Source of the DNA: Dyella sp. GSA-30
GTDB taxonomy: Bacteria; Pseudomonadota; Gammaproteobacteria; Xanthomonadales; Rhodanobacteraceae
Direction of reading: 5' to 3'
Assembly: GCF_027924605.1 (NCBI RefSeq)
Contig: NZ_AP027042.1
Coordinates: 409,524 to 473,523 of the forward strand
DNA length: 64,000 nucleotides
Shown: positions 27,342-38,185 of the stretch, piece by piece
Numbering within the stretch: the stretch's first letter is position 1
Layout of the letters: each line of letters opens with the position of its first letter
Made by a program: the position numbers and the translations under genes
The notes under the pieces: model-generated
The model's input: the letters and a program-made list of their open reading frames with translations, nothing else
What the model was told of the DNA's origin: nothing
The model's database searches: none

Positions 27342-28220
27342 TCAATAAGGACTAGGCCGATCACTCCGCGTATAGCGCTTGTAATGCCACTGATACTGCG
27401 TAAACGCCAACTCCACGCACTGCTCCACACCGCGGTTAAGCGCCGTGCAAGCCACCGCCAGGTCGCTATCGACCAACCCGTCCGGCGCAGGCACCAGGTG
27501 AATACGAAAACCCTCGCCACGCGGCAACCGCTCGGCAAACGCAAACAGCACCGTCGCACCGGTACGCGCAGCCAGACGCGGCAGCAACACCATCGTCTCC
27601 GCATCACGACCGAAGAACGGCGCCAGCTGACCCTCGCCTTCGCGCGGCTTCTGGTCCGGCAGGATTCCCACGGTGCCACCGGCCGCCAGACGTTTGTACA
27701 AAGTGCGCACGCCCGCGCCTTCGGCACGCACCTGCTCGGGCGCCAGCGCACCGCGTGCCTTGCGCAACAAGCCTTCGACCGCCTCGATGCGCGGCGGCCG
27801 ATACAGGATCGCCATCGGCGTCTTGCGGCATAGCCAGTAATTGAGCAGTTCCCAGCAACCCAGGTGCGGTGCGGCGATGATCACGCCCTTGCCGCTGGCG
27901 AGCGCCGCGTCGAACACATCCTCGCCACGCACTTCGCGCACCAGTGCCAGCGCACGCATGGGGTCGCTGCCCCAGATCTTGGCGATCTCGGTCACCGATT
28001 TGCCGCTTTCGATCATCACATCGCGCAACAACGCTGCCCGCGCCTCGGCGCCAAGCTCGGGCCGCACGATGCGCAGGTTGGTCGCCGTATGCCGCACCAT
28101 CCGCGCCTGCCGCCACATCGACACGTTGCCGATCCAGCCGCCGATGGCATGCAAGGTGCGCAGCGGCAGCAGGCCGAACAGGCGTAGCAGGAGGTAGAGA
28201 AGGTAGATATCGGGACGCAT
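27342..28220 (-). CDS. Lipid A biosynthesis lauroyl/myristoyl acyltransferase (LpxL/LpxM family)
   Basis: N-terminal TM, Lip_A_acyltrans architecture (APHLGCWELL, ILPDQKP). Confidence 0.7.
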   Translation of the reverse strand: MRPDIYLLYLLLRLFGLLPLRTLHAIGGWIGNVSMWRQARMVRHTATNLRIVRPELGAEARAALLRDVMIESGKSVTEIAKIWGSDPMRALALVREVRGEDVFDAALASGKGVIIAAPHLGCWELLNYWLCRKTPMAILYRPPRIEAVEGLLRKARGALAPEQVRAEGAGVRTLYKRLAAGGTVGILPDQKPREGEGQLAPFFGRDAETMVLLPRLAARTGATVLFAFAERLPRGEGFRIHLVPAPDGLVDSDLAVACTALNRGVEQCVELAFTQYQWHYKRYTRSDRPSPY

Positions 28221-28316
28221 GCTTTATTCGAGAGGGGTTAACAGCGAGGAGCAAAGGCCAGATAGTACGCGACATGGCAATCCGATCGCCGCCCAACCCC
28301 CGCCTCTGAATTCAAA

Positions 28317-28757
28317 ATGATTTCACTGATCCAACGCGTCCAATCCGCCCGCGTCGATGTCGAAGGCCGCACCTTCGGCGCCATCGGCCCCGGCCTGCTC
28401 GCACTTGTCGCCGTCCAGCCCGACGATGGCGAGGCACAAACCCGGCGCATGCTCGAACGCCTGCTTGGCTATCGCGTGTTCTCCGATGAGCAAGGCCGGA
28501 TGAATCGCAGCCTCGCCGACACCGGCGGTGGTTTGTTGCTGGTCAGCCAGTTCACCCTGGCCGCCGACACGCGTTCGGGCATGCGGCCCAGCTTCACCAG
28601 CGCCGCATCGCCCGAGCATGGCCGCCGCTGGTTCGATCGACTGGTCGAATTGGCCCGCGTTGCGCATCCGGGGGTGGAAATCGGGCAGTTCGGTGCCCAT
28701 ATGGAAGTACATCTGGTCAACGACGGCCCGGTCACTTTCTGGCTCGATGTGCCTTAG
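28317..28757 (+). CDS. dtd: D-aminoacyl-tRNA deacylase
   Basis: [17 protein letters not shown]...SQFTL...GPVTFWLDV; 146 aa. Confidence 0.88.
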   Translation: MISLIQRVQSARVDVEGRTFGAIGPGLLALVAVQPDDGEAQTRRMLERLLGYRVFSDEQGRMNRSLADTGGGLLLVSQFTLAADTRSGMRPSFTSAASPEHGRRWFDRLVELARVAHPGVEIGQFGAHMEVHLVNDGPVTFWLDVP

Positions 28758-28915
28758 CGACCCGCCGCTCCCAGACATCTCCCGGTTTCGACGAATTCAG
28801 CCGCAAGCGCTTGTTTGGCGCGATTTTTGCGTGCGGTCGTCGGGCGAACTTTCACTTGAAAACTGGTCAAAAAAGCGCCACATGGGTATACTGATCGGTT
28901 CCTGCATACGCGGCG

Positions 28916-30781
<1,866 letters not shown>

Positions 30782-30806
30782 TTGCGGTAACGCATCGAGA
30801 TGTAGA

Positions 30807-30836
30807 AAAGCCCCGCTTTGGCGGGGCTTTTTTTAT
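30807..30836 (+). terminator. Rho-independent terminator of rpoD
   Basis: aaagccccgc-tttg-gcggggctttttttat. Confidence 0.85.
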
Positions 30837-30853
30837 GGATCGGATCAAGAGCG

Positions 30854-30988
30854 CCCCTCACCCCAGCCCTCTCCCCCGGTAAAACCAGGGGAGAGGGAGC
30901 CTACCGAGGGAGCCTCAATGTCTCGCACTTGCCGTAACTTGCCCCCTCTCCCCTGGCTCCGCCGGGGGAGAGGGTTGGGGTGAGGGGG
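30854..30988. repeat. REP-A palindromic element (long)
   Basis: cccctcaccccagccctctcccc ... ggggagagggttggggtgagggggg; between convergent rpoD and flotillin. Confidence 0.8.
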
Positions 30989-31003
30989 GCTCTTTAAGTC
31001 ACC

Positions 31004-32998
31004 TCACCCCTGCGAACTCTGCAACGCCTTCGACCCATCAGCCATTCCCGCATCAGCCCGCTCAGCCAACAACGAACTAGCCAACTGAATCAGCGACGAC
31101 AACCCATTCCCTGAAGCATCGCCACCACCCAGCGAGATCTTCGGCACGATAGCAATCTGCCCATCGCGAATCGCCTCGGCAAACTGCGCACCCAGCGTAT
31201 TGATCAACTGCAACCGGGCACCCTCGCCCGTCAACGCCTGCGACTTTGCCTGAATGGCTTCGGCCTCGGCCTTACCCACCGCCGCAATCGCCGACGCACG
31301 ACCATCACCCTCCGCAGTAAGACGACGACGCTCGGCATCCGCATCGATACCAATCACGTTCGCACGCTTGCTCGCTTCCACCACGTTCGCATCACCGACG
31401 TTCTTCTTGATCTCGATGTGGATCATCGAATTGGTCAGCTCGGCCTGGATATCCGTCTTGGCACGCGCCTCGCGCAACGAGCGTTCCTTCACCGCCGACT
31501 GCTCCTGCAACTCGAAGGTGGCCACCTGCTCGATCGCCACCTGACGATCGCGCAACTGATTCAACAACGTGTCGATACGCGCACCCGAGGCATTGCCGGC
31601 GCTTCCATGCGGCGTGCCGATCAGCACTTCCTGCAGCTCCAGGTTATACGCGGCAAAGCGTTCCATCATCTCCACGCTGGCCACCTGCTGGATATCCGCG
31701 CGGTTCTGGATCAACTGGATCAGCGTTTTCGTCTGGCCGATGTTCTTGAAGTACGCACTGACCATCGGATCGAGCGTCTGGTCGACCAAGCGTTTGATAT
31801 CGCCGAAGCGCTGCACCACCAGCGGCGCCTTGCGGTAGTCGATATGCACTACCACCGACAGCGGCAGCAGCGGCTCGAACGCGTCCTTGGTAATCAACGA
31901 CACCTCGGTCAGGTTCTCGTCGAACTTGTGCATGTTGGTTACTTCCGGCGTCCACTTCAGAATGAAGTTGGTCGTCGGCACCATCTGGATCTTGCCCGCA
32001 TAGGTATTGAAGGCATACTTGCCCGGTAGCAACGGCTCCTTCCACACGCCGCGGCAAGCACTGTCGACCAGCTCACCGTGCGAATAACCCTCGCCCGAGC
32101 GGTCCGTGCCGGCCTTGCCGATATACGAAACCACCACGCCGACAAAGCCGACCGGCACCACCGTCTTGGGAATAAAGTCCACCGTCGCAAACAGGCGGTT
32201 GATGTAATACGTGCCCTCCACCAGCACCTGATGCTGACGACCGCGGTTACCGCCGGCACGCAGGAAGGCGTCGATGTTCTGGAAGTTGTTGTGGAAGGTC
32301 GCCTTGTCGGCCGGATCCTGGCCAACGCGCGGCGCGACGATTTCATCCGGCGGCAATACCGGGCCATCATGGACCGTCACGACGCCGAGCATGTCGTTGG
32401 CCGTGTCATCCGCATCCGCAGAAGCCTTTTCACGGCGTCCACCGATAATCACCGGCGAGAAACCACCGCGCTCTTTCAACACGCTGCCCATATGGTCGAT
32501 CGTGCTGCGCTCCTCTTCGGACAACAGCAAACCATGCACACGCGAAGCGGTAATGATGGCGAACTGCGCCACGTTGAACGCATACGTACCTTCGCGAAGA
32601 ATCGTGCGCTGCGGACCCTTCTGGCCACCCGCGCGCAGGAAAGCTGCAACGTCCTCGATACCGGCCTGTATCGTGCGGCCCAGCGCCTGGCCTTCCTCCA
32701 GATCGTGGCCGTCACGCGCAAACACATAACCGATCTCGCCCTGCGGAATGGTCACCAGGTCGACCTTGTGTACCCGATACTGGAACGGGAAAAAGTAATG
32801 CAGACCACCGCGCAACACCGTCGGCTGATAACCCACCTCACCATTGAGCGCGATCAATCCACGGCTGACCGACGCCGCACCCCATAACCGCTCGACCACG
32901 CCGACGCGGTCATTGGGGATGTAGACAATCACATTGGAAATAGCAACGAGCACGATCAGAACGACAACGGCAACTGCAATTGCAATGAGCCAAGTCAT
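31004..32998 (-). CDS. Flotillin-family SPFH/band-7 protein (YqiK-like)
   Basis: N-terminal TM, SPFH domain, long coiled-coil (AEAEAIQAKSQAL...), 664 aa. Confidence 0.75.
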   Translation of the reverse strand: MTWLIAIAVAVVVLIVLVAISNVIVYIPNDRVGVVERLWGAASVSRGLIALNGEVGYQPTVLRGGLHYFFPFQYRVHKVDLVTIPQGEIGYVFARDGHDLEEGQALGRTIQAGIEDVAAFLRAGGQKGPQRTILREGTYAFNVAQFAIITASRVHGLLLSEEERSTIDHMGSVLKERGGFSPVIIGGRREKASADADDTANDMLGVVTVHDGPVLPPDEIVAPRVGQDPADKATFHNNFQNIDAFLRAGGNRGRQHQVLVEGTYYINRLFATVDFIPKTVVPVGFVGVVVSYIGKAGTDRSGEGYSHGELVDSACRGVWKEPLLPGKYAFNTYAGKIQMVPTTNFILKWTPEVTNMHKFDENLTEVSLITKDAFEPLLPLSVVVHIDYRKAPLVVQRFGDIKRLVDQTLDPMVSAYFKNIGQTKTLIQLIQNRADIQQVASVEMMERFAAYNLELQEVLIGTPHGSAGNASGARIDTLLNQLRDRQVAIEQVATFELQEQSAVKERSLREARAKTDIQAELTNSMIHIEIKKNVGDANVVEASKRANVIGIDADAERRRLTAEGDGRASAIAAVGKAEAEAIQAKSQALTGEGARLQLINTLGAQFAEAIRDGQIAIVPKISLGGGDASGNGLSSLIQLASSLLAERADAGMADGSKALQSSQG

Positions 32999-33088
32999 GG
33001 CTGAATGTCCTTAAAAATAAAAGGGCCCGGCGCAATACCGGGGAAGTAAAGCGGTGCATCCAAAAAAACTCGACAACGTCCAAATCTT

Positions 33089-33137
33089 TGTAGGAGCGAC
33101 TTCAGTCGCGACGGCGGCATCGCAAAGCCGCCGTGCA
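33089..33137. repeat. SMAG-like REP element
   Basis: tgtaggagcgacttcagtcgcgacgg + cggcggcatcgcaaagccgccg; GTAG-headed palindromic unit as in Stenotrophomonas/Xanthomonas REPs. Confidence 0.4.
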
Positions 33138-33196
33138 AACGGTCATCGCCGCCACAGAAAGCAAAAAGGAATAGAGAAGAGGTGGTGTGTTTTTCC

Positions 33197-33799
33197 CTAC
33201 CCGATCAGGTAAGAAAGCTCGCCCAACGCATCGATCGCGTTCTGACCCATCACATCGAGCTCCTCGATGATGTTCGCCAGCGGCGAATGCGCCGACAGCT
33301 GGCCAAAAAGAATGTACTGCGAGCCCACTAGTCCGACATTCGAGAGTGGCATGTTCGGCCCCAGGCGCAGGCACGCGTCGTTGAATCGCGCCGCATCTTT
33401 CACCGCGCGCTGTTCGCATAGCGCCGTCGTCATGCGAATCTCGTAATCGGTCACCACCAGGTGCACCGACTGGTCGCCGTAGCTGGCAAGCGAAAGCTCG
33501 ATCGCCGCCGGCGTAGCCTGCAAGCGCACCCCGGACAATTGCCCGTGGTTGTTGGCGTGCTCATGCAACGCATCGAACAAGCGTTGCGTCGTCCACTTCT
33601 GGCTCATGGCCTGAAAATCCATACCCCCGATCAACTGATCGGTCCGCTCGTTGCGGTGATGCCGCAGGAACGCTTTCACCCGTTCCCGCTCGCCCTCGGT
33701 CATGTAGATCCTGGGGATCGTCATGCCCATCCGTGTCATCCGGTCACGAAACGCCTTCTGGCGCTTCGCTCCAGTACTGACTTGCTTCGTGGGTGGCAT
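33197..33799 (-). CDS. DUF2170 (YjfI-like) protein with ~60-aa basic N-terminal extension
   Basis: C-terminal 140 aa recall YjfI pattern (YILFGQLSAHSPLANIIEELDVMGQNA); N-terminal KRQKAFRDRMTRMG...EGERERVKAF basic segment. Co-directional and immediately upstream of flotillin. Confidence 0.4.
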   Translation of the reverse strand: MPPTKQVSTGAKRQKAFRDRMTRMGMTIPRIYMTEGERERVKAFLRHHRNERTDQLIGGMDFQAMSQKWTTQRLFDALHEHANNHGQLSGVRLQATPAAIELSLASYGDQSVHLVVTDYEIRMTTALCEQRAVKDAARFNDACLRLGPNMPLSNVGLVGSQYILFGQLSAHSPLANIIEELDVMGQNAIDALGELSYLIG

Positions 33800-33958
33800 A
33801 TTCGGACCTGTTCCGTCGCAGCAACGCCGTTAGGCGTAACGTTACGCGTAACTTACTCCTGGGGCTGGCTGCTACACAATCACATCTCGCGCCGGATAGG
33901 CAGCCTCTGGAAAACCATAGAGAATTCGAGCTCTTCCGAATGCGATGGCTCAATTCAG

Positions 33959-34456
33959 ATGGCAAAAATTCACTTGGTCGAAGGCCCGGTTGGCGCCGGC
34001 AAGTCCACTTTTGTCGGCGAGCTGCGAAAGCAGTACGCGGCGCCCGGCTTTATTTTGGATGCCTGGTTCGTTCGGCTGTACAGCCCAGACCGTCCCGCTA
34101 CGAACCTGATGGAATGGTACGTAACCAGGAAAGCGCGTTGCCTGGACCAGATCTGGGAAGCCGCCAAGGAAGTGCTCAACGCGGGCCATGACGTCGTCCT
34201 CGAACTCGGGCTGGTAGAGAAAGCCAGTCGCGAGCACTTCTACGCGCGGGTCACGGAAGCCGGTTACGAATTGACCATCTATCTGTTGGATGCTCCTCGG
34301 GACATTCGGCGCGAGCGCGTCCGCAGGCGCAATCTGGAAAAGGGCACGACATACGCCATGGACGTCCCTGACGCATTTTTCGAGATGGCTAGCGACCACT
34401 GGCAGCCCATGGACGATATCGAGCGTGACATGTACGACGTCCGCGTCATCTCCTGA
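33959..34456 (+). CDS. P-loop NTPase, small kinase-like (AAA_33/CPT/zeta-like fold)
   Basis: Walker A GPVGAGKST at residue 9; 165 aa; six-frame ORF from 33461 is an antisense extension. Confidence 0.5.
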   Translation: MAKIHLVEGPVGAGKSTFVGELRKQYAAPGFILDAWFVRLYSPDRPATNLMEWYVTRKARCLDQIWEAAKEVLNAGHDVVLELGLVEKASREHFYARVTEAGYELTIYLLDAPRDIRRERVRRRNLEKGTTYAMDVPDAFFEMASDHWQPMDDIERDMYDVRVIS

Positions 34457-34587
34457 TCCATCGTCGCCCCGGCGAATGCCGGGGCCCAGCGCCCTTGCCG
34501 AATCCGGCCTGCCCGGCAGAATGCCACTTCTCCGACACCTCATTGCCCTCTCTCTCGAACAGCCTCTTTCCCATCAAGGGAGGCGGC

Positions 34588-35163
34588 ATGAGGACGATCT
34601 TCTTAGGACCGCTCGCCCTGCTGCTGGCGTTATGCGGGGGACTGGTGGCGTATGACAGGCTGTACTTTCAGCCAGCCCTGACTCGCACCCGTACTCTGGT
34701 CAGCCAGCACCCGGCAAGCGACAGATCTCCACCGCAACTGTTCGTACAGCTGCTGATATTCACTACGCATGGCGATACGGTTCCTTATGCAACGCGTGTG
34801 CTGATGACGTCGGGCGATCCTGACGACAACGCCAAACCAATACAGATGTGGCAGGCTCGCTACGTCACGTGGAGTTTGTTGGTTGCCCTGCACACGTCGG
34901 AGTCAGAGCGCAACGCAACGATTGCATCGCTCGGCTTTCGCGCCGAACCGGAGCATGGACTCACCGATGTCGCCCAACATCGCTTCGGGAAGGAACCAGG
35001 GCAACTCTCTCGCCTACAAGTGGCCATGCTCGCGAAACTGCTTGTCTTGGGACCCAACGATCTCAATGAAGCCCAACTGGCAAACCACGCCACCCTTCTG
35101 CTTGACACTTTTGACCAGTCCACACCCCGCCGCCCCGCCGCACGCCGAGGCCCGACGCCTTGA
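34588..35163 (+). CDS. Hypothetical secreted/membrane-anchored protein with degenerate transglycosylase-like C-region
   Basis: N-terminal TM (LGPLALLLALCGGLVAY); HRFGKEPGQLSRLQVAMLAKLLVLGPNDLNEAQ resembles tail of GT51 transglycosylase domain without obvious catalytic Glu. Confidence 0.3.
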   Translation: MRTIFLGPLALLLALCGGLVAYDRLYFQPALTRTRTLVSQHPASDRSPPQLFVQLLIFTTHGDTVPYATRVLMTSGDPDDNAKPIQMWQARYVTWSLLVALHTSESERNATIASLGFRAEPEHGLTDVAQHRFGKEPGQLSRLQVAMLAKLLVLGPNDLNEAQLANHATLLLDTFDQSTPRRPAARRGPTP

Positions 35164-35172
35164 TCCCGGCAT

Positions 35173-35205
35173 AAAAAAAGCCCGCTCAAGGCGGGCTTTT
35201 TTTTC
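35173..35205. terminator. Bidirectional rho-independent terminator
   Basis: aaaaaaagcccgc-tcaa-gcgggctttttttt between convergent genes. Confidence 0.8.
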
Positions 35206-35212
35206 GAATCGC

Positions 35213-35389
35213 TCAGTGGTGAACCACGCGATGATGCACAACGCGGCGATGATGCACCGGGTGATGCACCGGACGATGATGAACCACGCGGTGATGCACC
35301 GGATGGTGCACCGGCGGCTGCGCCATGACCGGCGCCGCCATCAAACCCAGACCCAACGCCAGACCCACACCCAATAGCAAACGCTTCAT
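35213..35389 (-). CDS. Histidine-rich secreted mini-protein (PVHH/RVVHH repeats)
   Basis: MKRLLLGVGLALGLGLMAAPVMA|QPPVHHPVHHRVVHHRPVHHPVHHRRVVHHRVVHH: Sec signal peptide + 35-aa mature peptide with 14 His; encoded by near-tandem caccgg/atgatgcac repeats. Confidence 0.45.
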   Translation of the reverse strand: MKRLLLGVGLALGLGLMAAPVMAQPPVHHPVHHRVVHHRPVHHPVHHRRVVHHRVVHH

Positions 35390-35432
35390 AGCGAACCTCC
35401 CTAATGACCCATCGGACCCCGTGCGCAAAAGC

Positions 35433-35813
35433 TTACTCCATGTCGTAGAAAAACTGCTCGCGATCGACCTTCCCGTTCTTCACGTGGTACAGGCAAATCT
35501 CCGCCATCTCCATACGACCGTGACCTTTCATCGTCACATCCATGGTCATCGACAGGGTGAACCAGTTGCCGGCAACGATAGCGTCACTAACCTGGATACC
35601 ATGCATCTCTTCCACGCCCTCCTGGAAGGCCTCACCCTTCTTGTAGATCGCATCCAGCCCTTTGACATTGCCTAGCGCGCCCGGCGGCGCACCTTCCGGC
35701 TCCAGACTTTCCGCATCCTGTGCATAGAGCTCCTTCTGCGCCGCCTCGAACTGCCCGGCCCGACACAACTCCACCAACCGCTTGGCCACCGACTCGGTAC
35801 TCATCGCCGTCAC
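35433..35813 (-). CDS. NTF2-like (SnoaL/DUF4440-type) protein
   Basis: 126 aa, alpha+beta cone fold pattern. Confidence 0.5.
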   Translation of the reverse strand: MTAMSTESVAKRLVELCRAGQFEAAQKELYAQDAESLEPEGAPPGALGNVKGLDAIYKKGEAFQEGVEEMHGIQVSDAIVAGNWFTLSMTMDVTMKGHGRMEMAEICLYHVKNGKVDREQFFYDME

Positions 35814-35944
35814 TCCACAGGTAGGGACCGTGAGCCTACGCCCCGAAAGATGACGAAACGATCAGCCACCCGACCCTCGACGCCCCCGCCCCGCCCCGCT
35901 AAGATTCCGGGTTCCCAGCCGCGCAATGCGGCCGCGCAAGCTAA

Positions 35945-36020
35945 GGGCCTATAGCTCAATGGTTAGAGCAGAGGACTCATAATCCTTTGGTTCCAGGTTC
36001 GAGTCCTGGTGGGCCCACCA
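35945..36020 (+). tRNA. tRNA with CAU anticodon; most likely tRNA-Ile2 (lysidine), alternatively elongator tRNA-Met
   Basis: 76 nt cloverleaf with encoded CCA; G1:C72 and AU-rich anticodon stem exclude initiator; C4:G69/C5:G68 acceptor pairs, short D-loop (CAATGGTTAGAGC) and TGGTT variable loop match tRNA-Ile(LAU) determinants better than tRNA-Met. Confidence 0.85.
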
Positions 36021-36081
36021 AGTTTTCTACCAACGAACCTTGTTGTTCTCTAAAGCATAACTTGGCCGTTTTGGCCACTTT

Positions 36082-36408
36082 ATGGTTGAAATAAAGCATA
36101 AAGTGGCCGAGCTGGCTCAGGTGGGCCCTATGGCGTTGGCCGCCTGCTCGTTGGGGAAAATAGACGTGGTAGACAGGTTCGCTTTCGACTCAATGTGGAC
36201 AGCACCAATAGTGGCCGACCGCCGTCGCGGTATTGCCGATGGGATCGCCTTCGTTTTGAAGCGATGGTTGAATCCAATGGAAGCCGCTGAGCTCGCGCGC
36301 TATTTCTCTCCTGTCCTGCAAGGCATATCGGTCCAGGCACGCGATGGCGCAAGCCGAGAGCAACTAGAAAAGATTGCCGAACACGCAGTCGCGAGCCTGA
36401 GATCCTGA
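36082..36408 (+). CDS. Hypothetical protein
   Basis: 108 aa ORF immediately downstream of tRNA in lower-GC DNA; no recognisable motif. Confidence 0.3.
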   Translation: MVEIKHKVAELAQVGPMALAACSLGKIDVVDRFAFDSMWTAPIVADRRRGIADGIAFVLKRWLNPMEAAELARYFSPVLQGISVQARDGASREQLEKIAEHAVASLRS

Positions 36409-36510
36409 TCTATCGGTATCCGCCAAACTATGCTTTCCATGCGCCGTCAATCTATGGTTTCCGCACCACATGGCGCCAGACGCGCCGGCACCATGCTCCC
36501 GTTGCTTCAA

Positions 36511-37896
36511 TTACGGCTTTGCGACCAACACGAGTTTCTGGTTTACGAACTCCTTGATGCCGAGCTCGGAAAGCTCTCGACCGTAGCCTGAGCGCTTCAC
36601 GCCGCCGAAAGGGAGTTCGGGTGCCGTGCTGGCGAAGGTGTTGATCCAGATGGCGCCGGTTTCGATGCGCGAGGCGAGTTTTGCGGCGCGATCAATGTCG
36701 CGAGAGAAGACGACGCCGGCCAGGCCGTAGAGCGAGTCGTTGGCGAGTTCAACGATCTCGTCATCGCTCCTGACGACATACACCTGCGCCACGGGGCCGA
36801 AGAACTCTTCGAAGTAGGCTGGGTTGTCGCGCGTGACGTTCGTCAAAATCGTCGGCTCAAAGAAGTAACCCGGCCGATCAATAACGGCGCCGCCGTAATG
36901 CAAGGTAGCGCCGTGCGATACCGCCGCTTTCACTTGCTTGGCAACGTTATCGCGCGCCGACTGTGAAGAAAGCGGACCAAGCGTGGTCGTTTCATCGAGA
37001 GGATCACCGATCGTCACAGCCTTGAACGCCGCCGTGAACTTCTCGAGAAAGGCACTGGCCACGCGTTCGTGCACGATGAAACGCTTCGCGCCAATGCACT
37101 CCTGACCTGCCACGTGGAGACGAGAGAACGTGCCAATGTCCACGGCCTTGTCGATATCGGCGTCCTCGAGGATCACGAACACATCGTTGCCGCCCATCTC
37201 GAGCGTGGATTTCTTGAGGTGCTTGCCCGCCTGCGCTGCAATCGCACTGCCGGCGCCTTCGGAACCGGTCATGGCGGCACCTTGTACGCGATGGTCCGCG
37301 ATGATATTGCCGATCTGATCCGACGTCACAAATAAATTTGTCCATGCGCCTCGAGGTGCACCAGCTTCGGTTACGAGCGCTTCGAAGACACTGGCGCAGT
37401 GCGGCACGTTGCTGGCGTGTTTTGCAACGATGGGATTGCCCGCAGCCAGATTCGGCGCCAGCACACGCATGAGCTGATAGAGCGGGAAATTCCAGGGCTC
37501 AACGGCGACGAGGACGCCAATGGGATGATGTTCGATCCATGCATCGCCCAGTTCGGATGTGATCTTCACCGGCGCAAGGAAACGCGCGGCGTTGTCTGCG
37601 TAGTAGCGCGCGATCTGCGCCACCACCTGCACTTCGGCGCGGCTCTCAACGATGAGCTTGCCCATTTCTTCGGTGATGATGCGCGACAACGATTCGCTTC
37701 TCGCGTCGATCAGATCGGCGAGCTTGCGAAGCACATTCAGTCGCGGCTGGATGGCGCCTTTGGACCACTCCGATTTGTACAGCCGGTGCGCAGCGGCCAG
37801 TGCTTCTTCGATGTGCTGATCGGTGTGGTTGGGCCACGTCTTGATGACGTCGCCCGAGGTTGGGTTGATGGTTTGATAGGCCACGAAATGCTCCAA
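36511..37896 (-). CDS. NAD(P)-dependent aldehyde dehydrogenase (succinate-semialdehyde dehydrogenase-like, Sad/YneI type)
   Basis: 461 aa; catalytic Cys (GQECIGAKR) and Glu (LEMGGND) regions; INPTSGD N-terminus. Confidence 0.8.
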   Translation of the reverse strand: MEHFVAYQTINPTSGDVIKTWPNHTDQHIEEALAAAHRLYKSEWSKGAIQPRLNVLRKLADLIDARSESLSRIITEEMGKLIVESRAEVQVVAQIARYYADNAARFLAPVKITSELGDAWIEHHPIGVLVAVEPWNFPLYQLMRVLAPNLAAGNPIVAKHASNVPHCASVFEALVTEAGAPRGAWTNLFVTSDQIGNIIADHRVQGAAMTGSEGAGSAIAAQAGKHLKKSTLEMGGNDVFVILEDADIDKAVDIGTFSRLHVAGQECIGAKRFIVHERVASAFLEKFTAAFKAVTIGDPLDETTTLGPLSSQSARDNVAKQVKAAVSHGATLHYGGAVIDRPGYFFEPTILTNVTRDNPAYFEEFFGPVAQVYVVRSDDEIVELANDSLYGLAGVVFSRDIDRAAKLASRIETGAIWINTFASTAPELPFGGVKRSGYGRELSELGIKEFVNQKLVLVAKP

Positions 37897-38185
37897 ACGT
37901 TAGCGTGAGGGGATCCGCGGCGCGGTGCCGGTGTCGGTGCGCCGAGCGGATTTGCCGGGGGTAGGACGTCATGCCTGACAAAGCATCTCGTCCCAGGGAG
38001 GGCGGAACGCTTGATCCAGTAGGGCCATCCTAGAATCGGGCCGATATGGCCTCAATGACACAGATGCAATGATTTATGTCATGGCCAACGGGATCACTTT
38101 ATCCTTCAGACACGCTTGATATACGGAATGGGCGTCATATTTAATCGGTATTCAATGATTTGAGACATCCCTCGCGGGGAACATC

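Noticed and set aside
33461-34456. 331-aa + strand ORF
   Set aside because: 5' two-thirds are antisense to the DUF2170-like gene; Walker-A motif sits 9 residues after the internal ATG at 33959, which has the sensible start.
36020-36100. Integrase/att site expected next to tRNA
   Set aside because: No tyrosine-recombinase ORF within 28 kb downstream; only weak 9-10-nt similarity to the tRNA 3' end (caggtgggccc at ~36121), insufficient to call attR.
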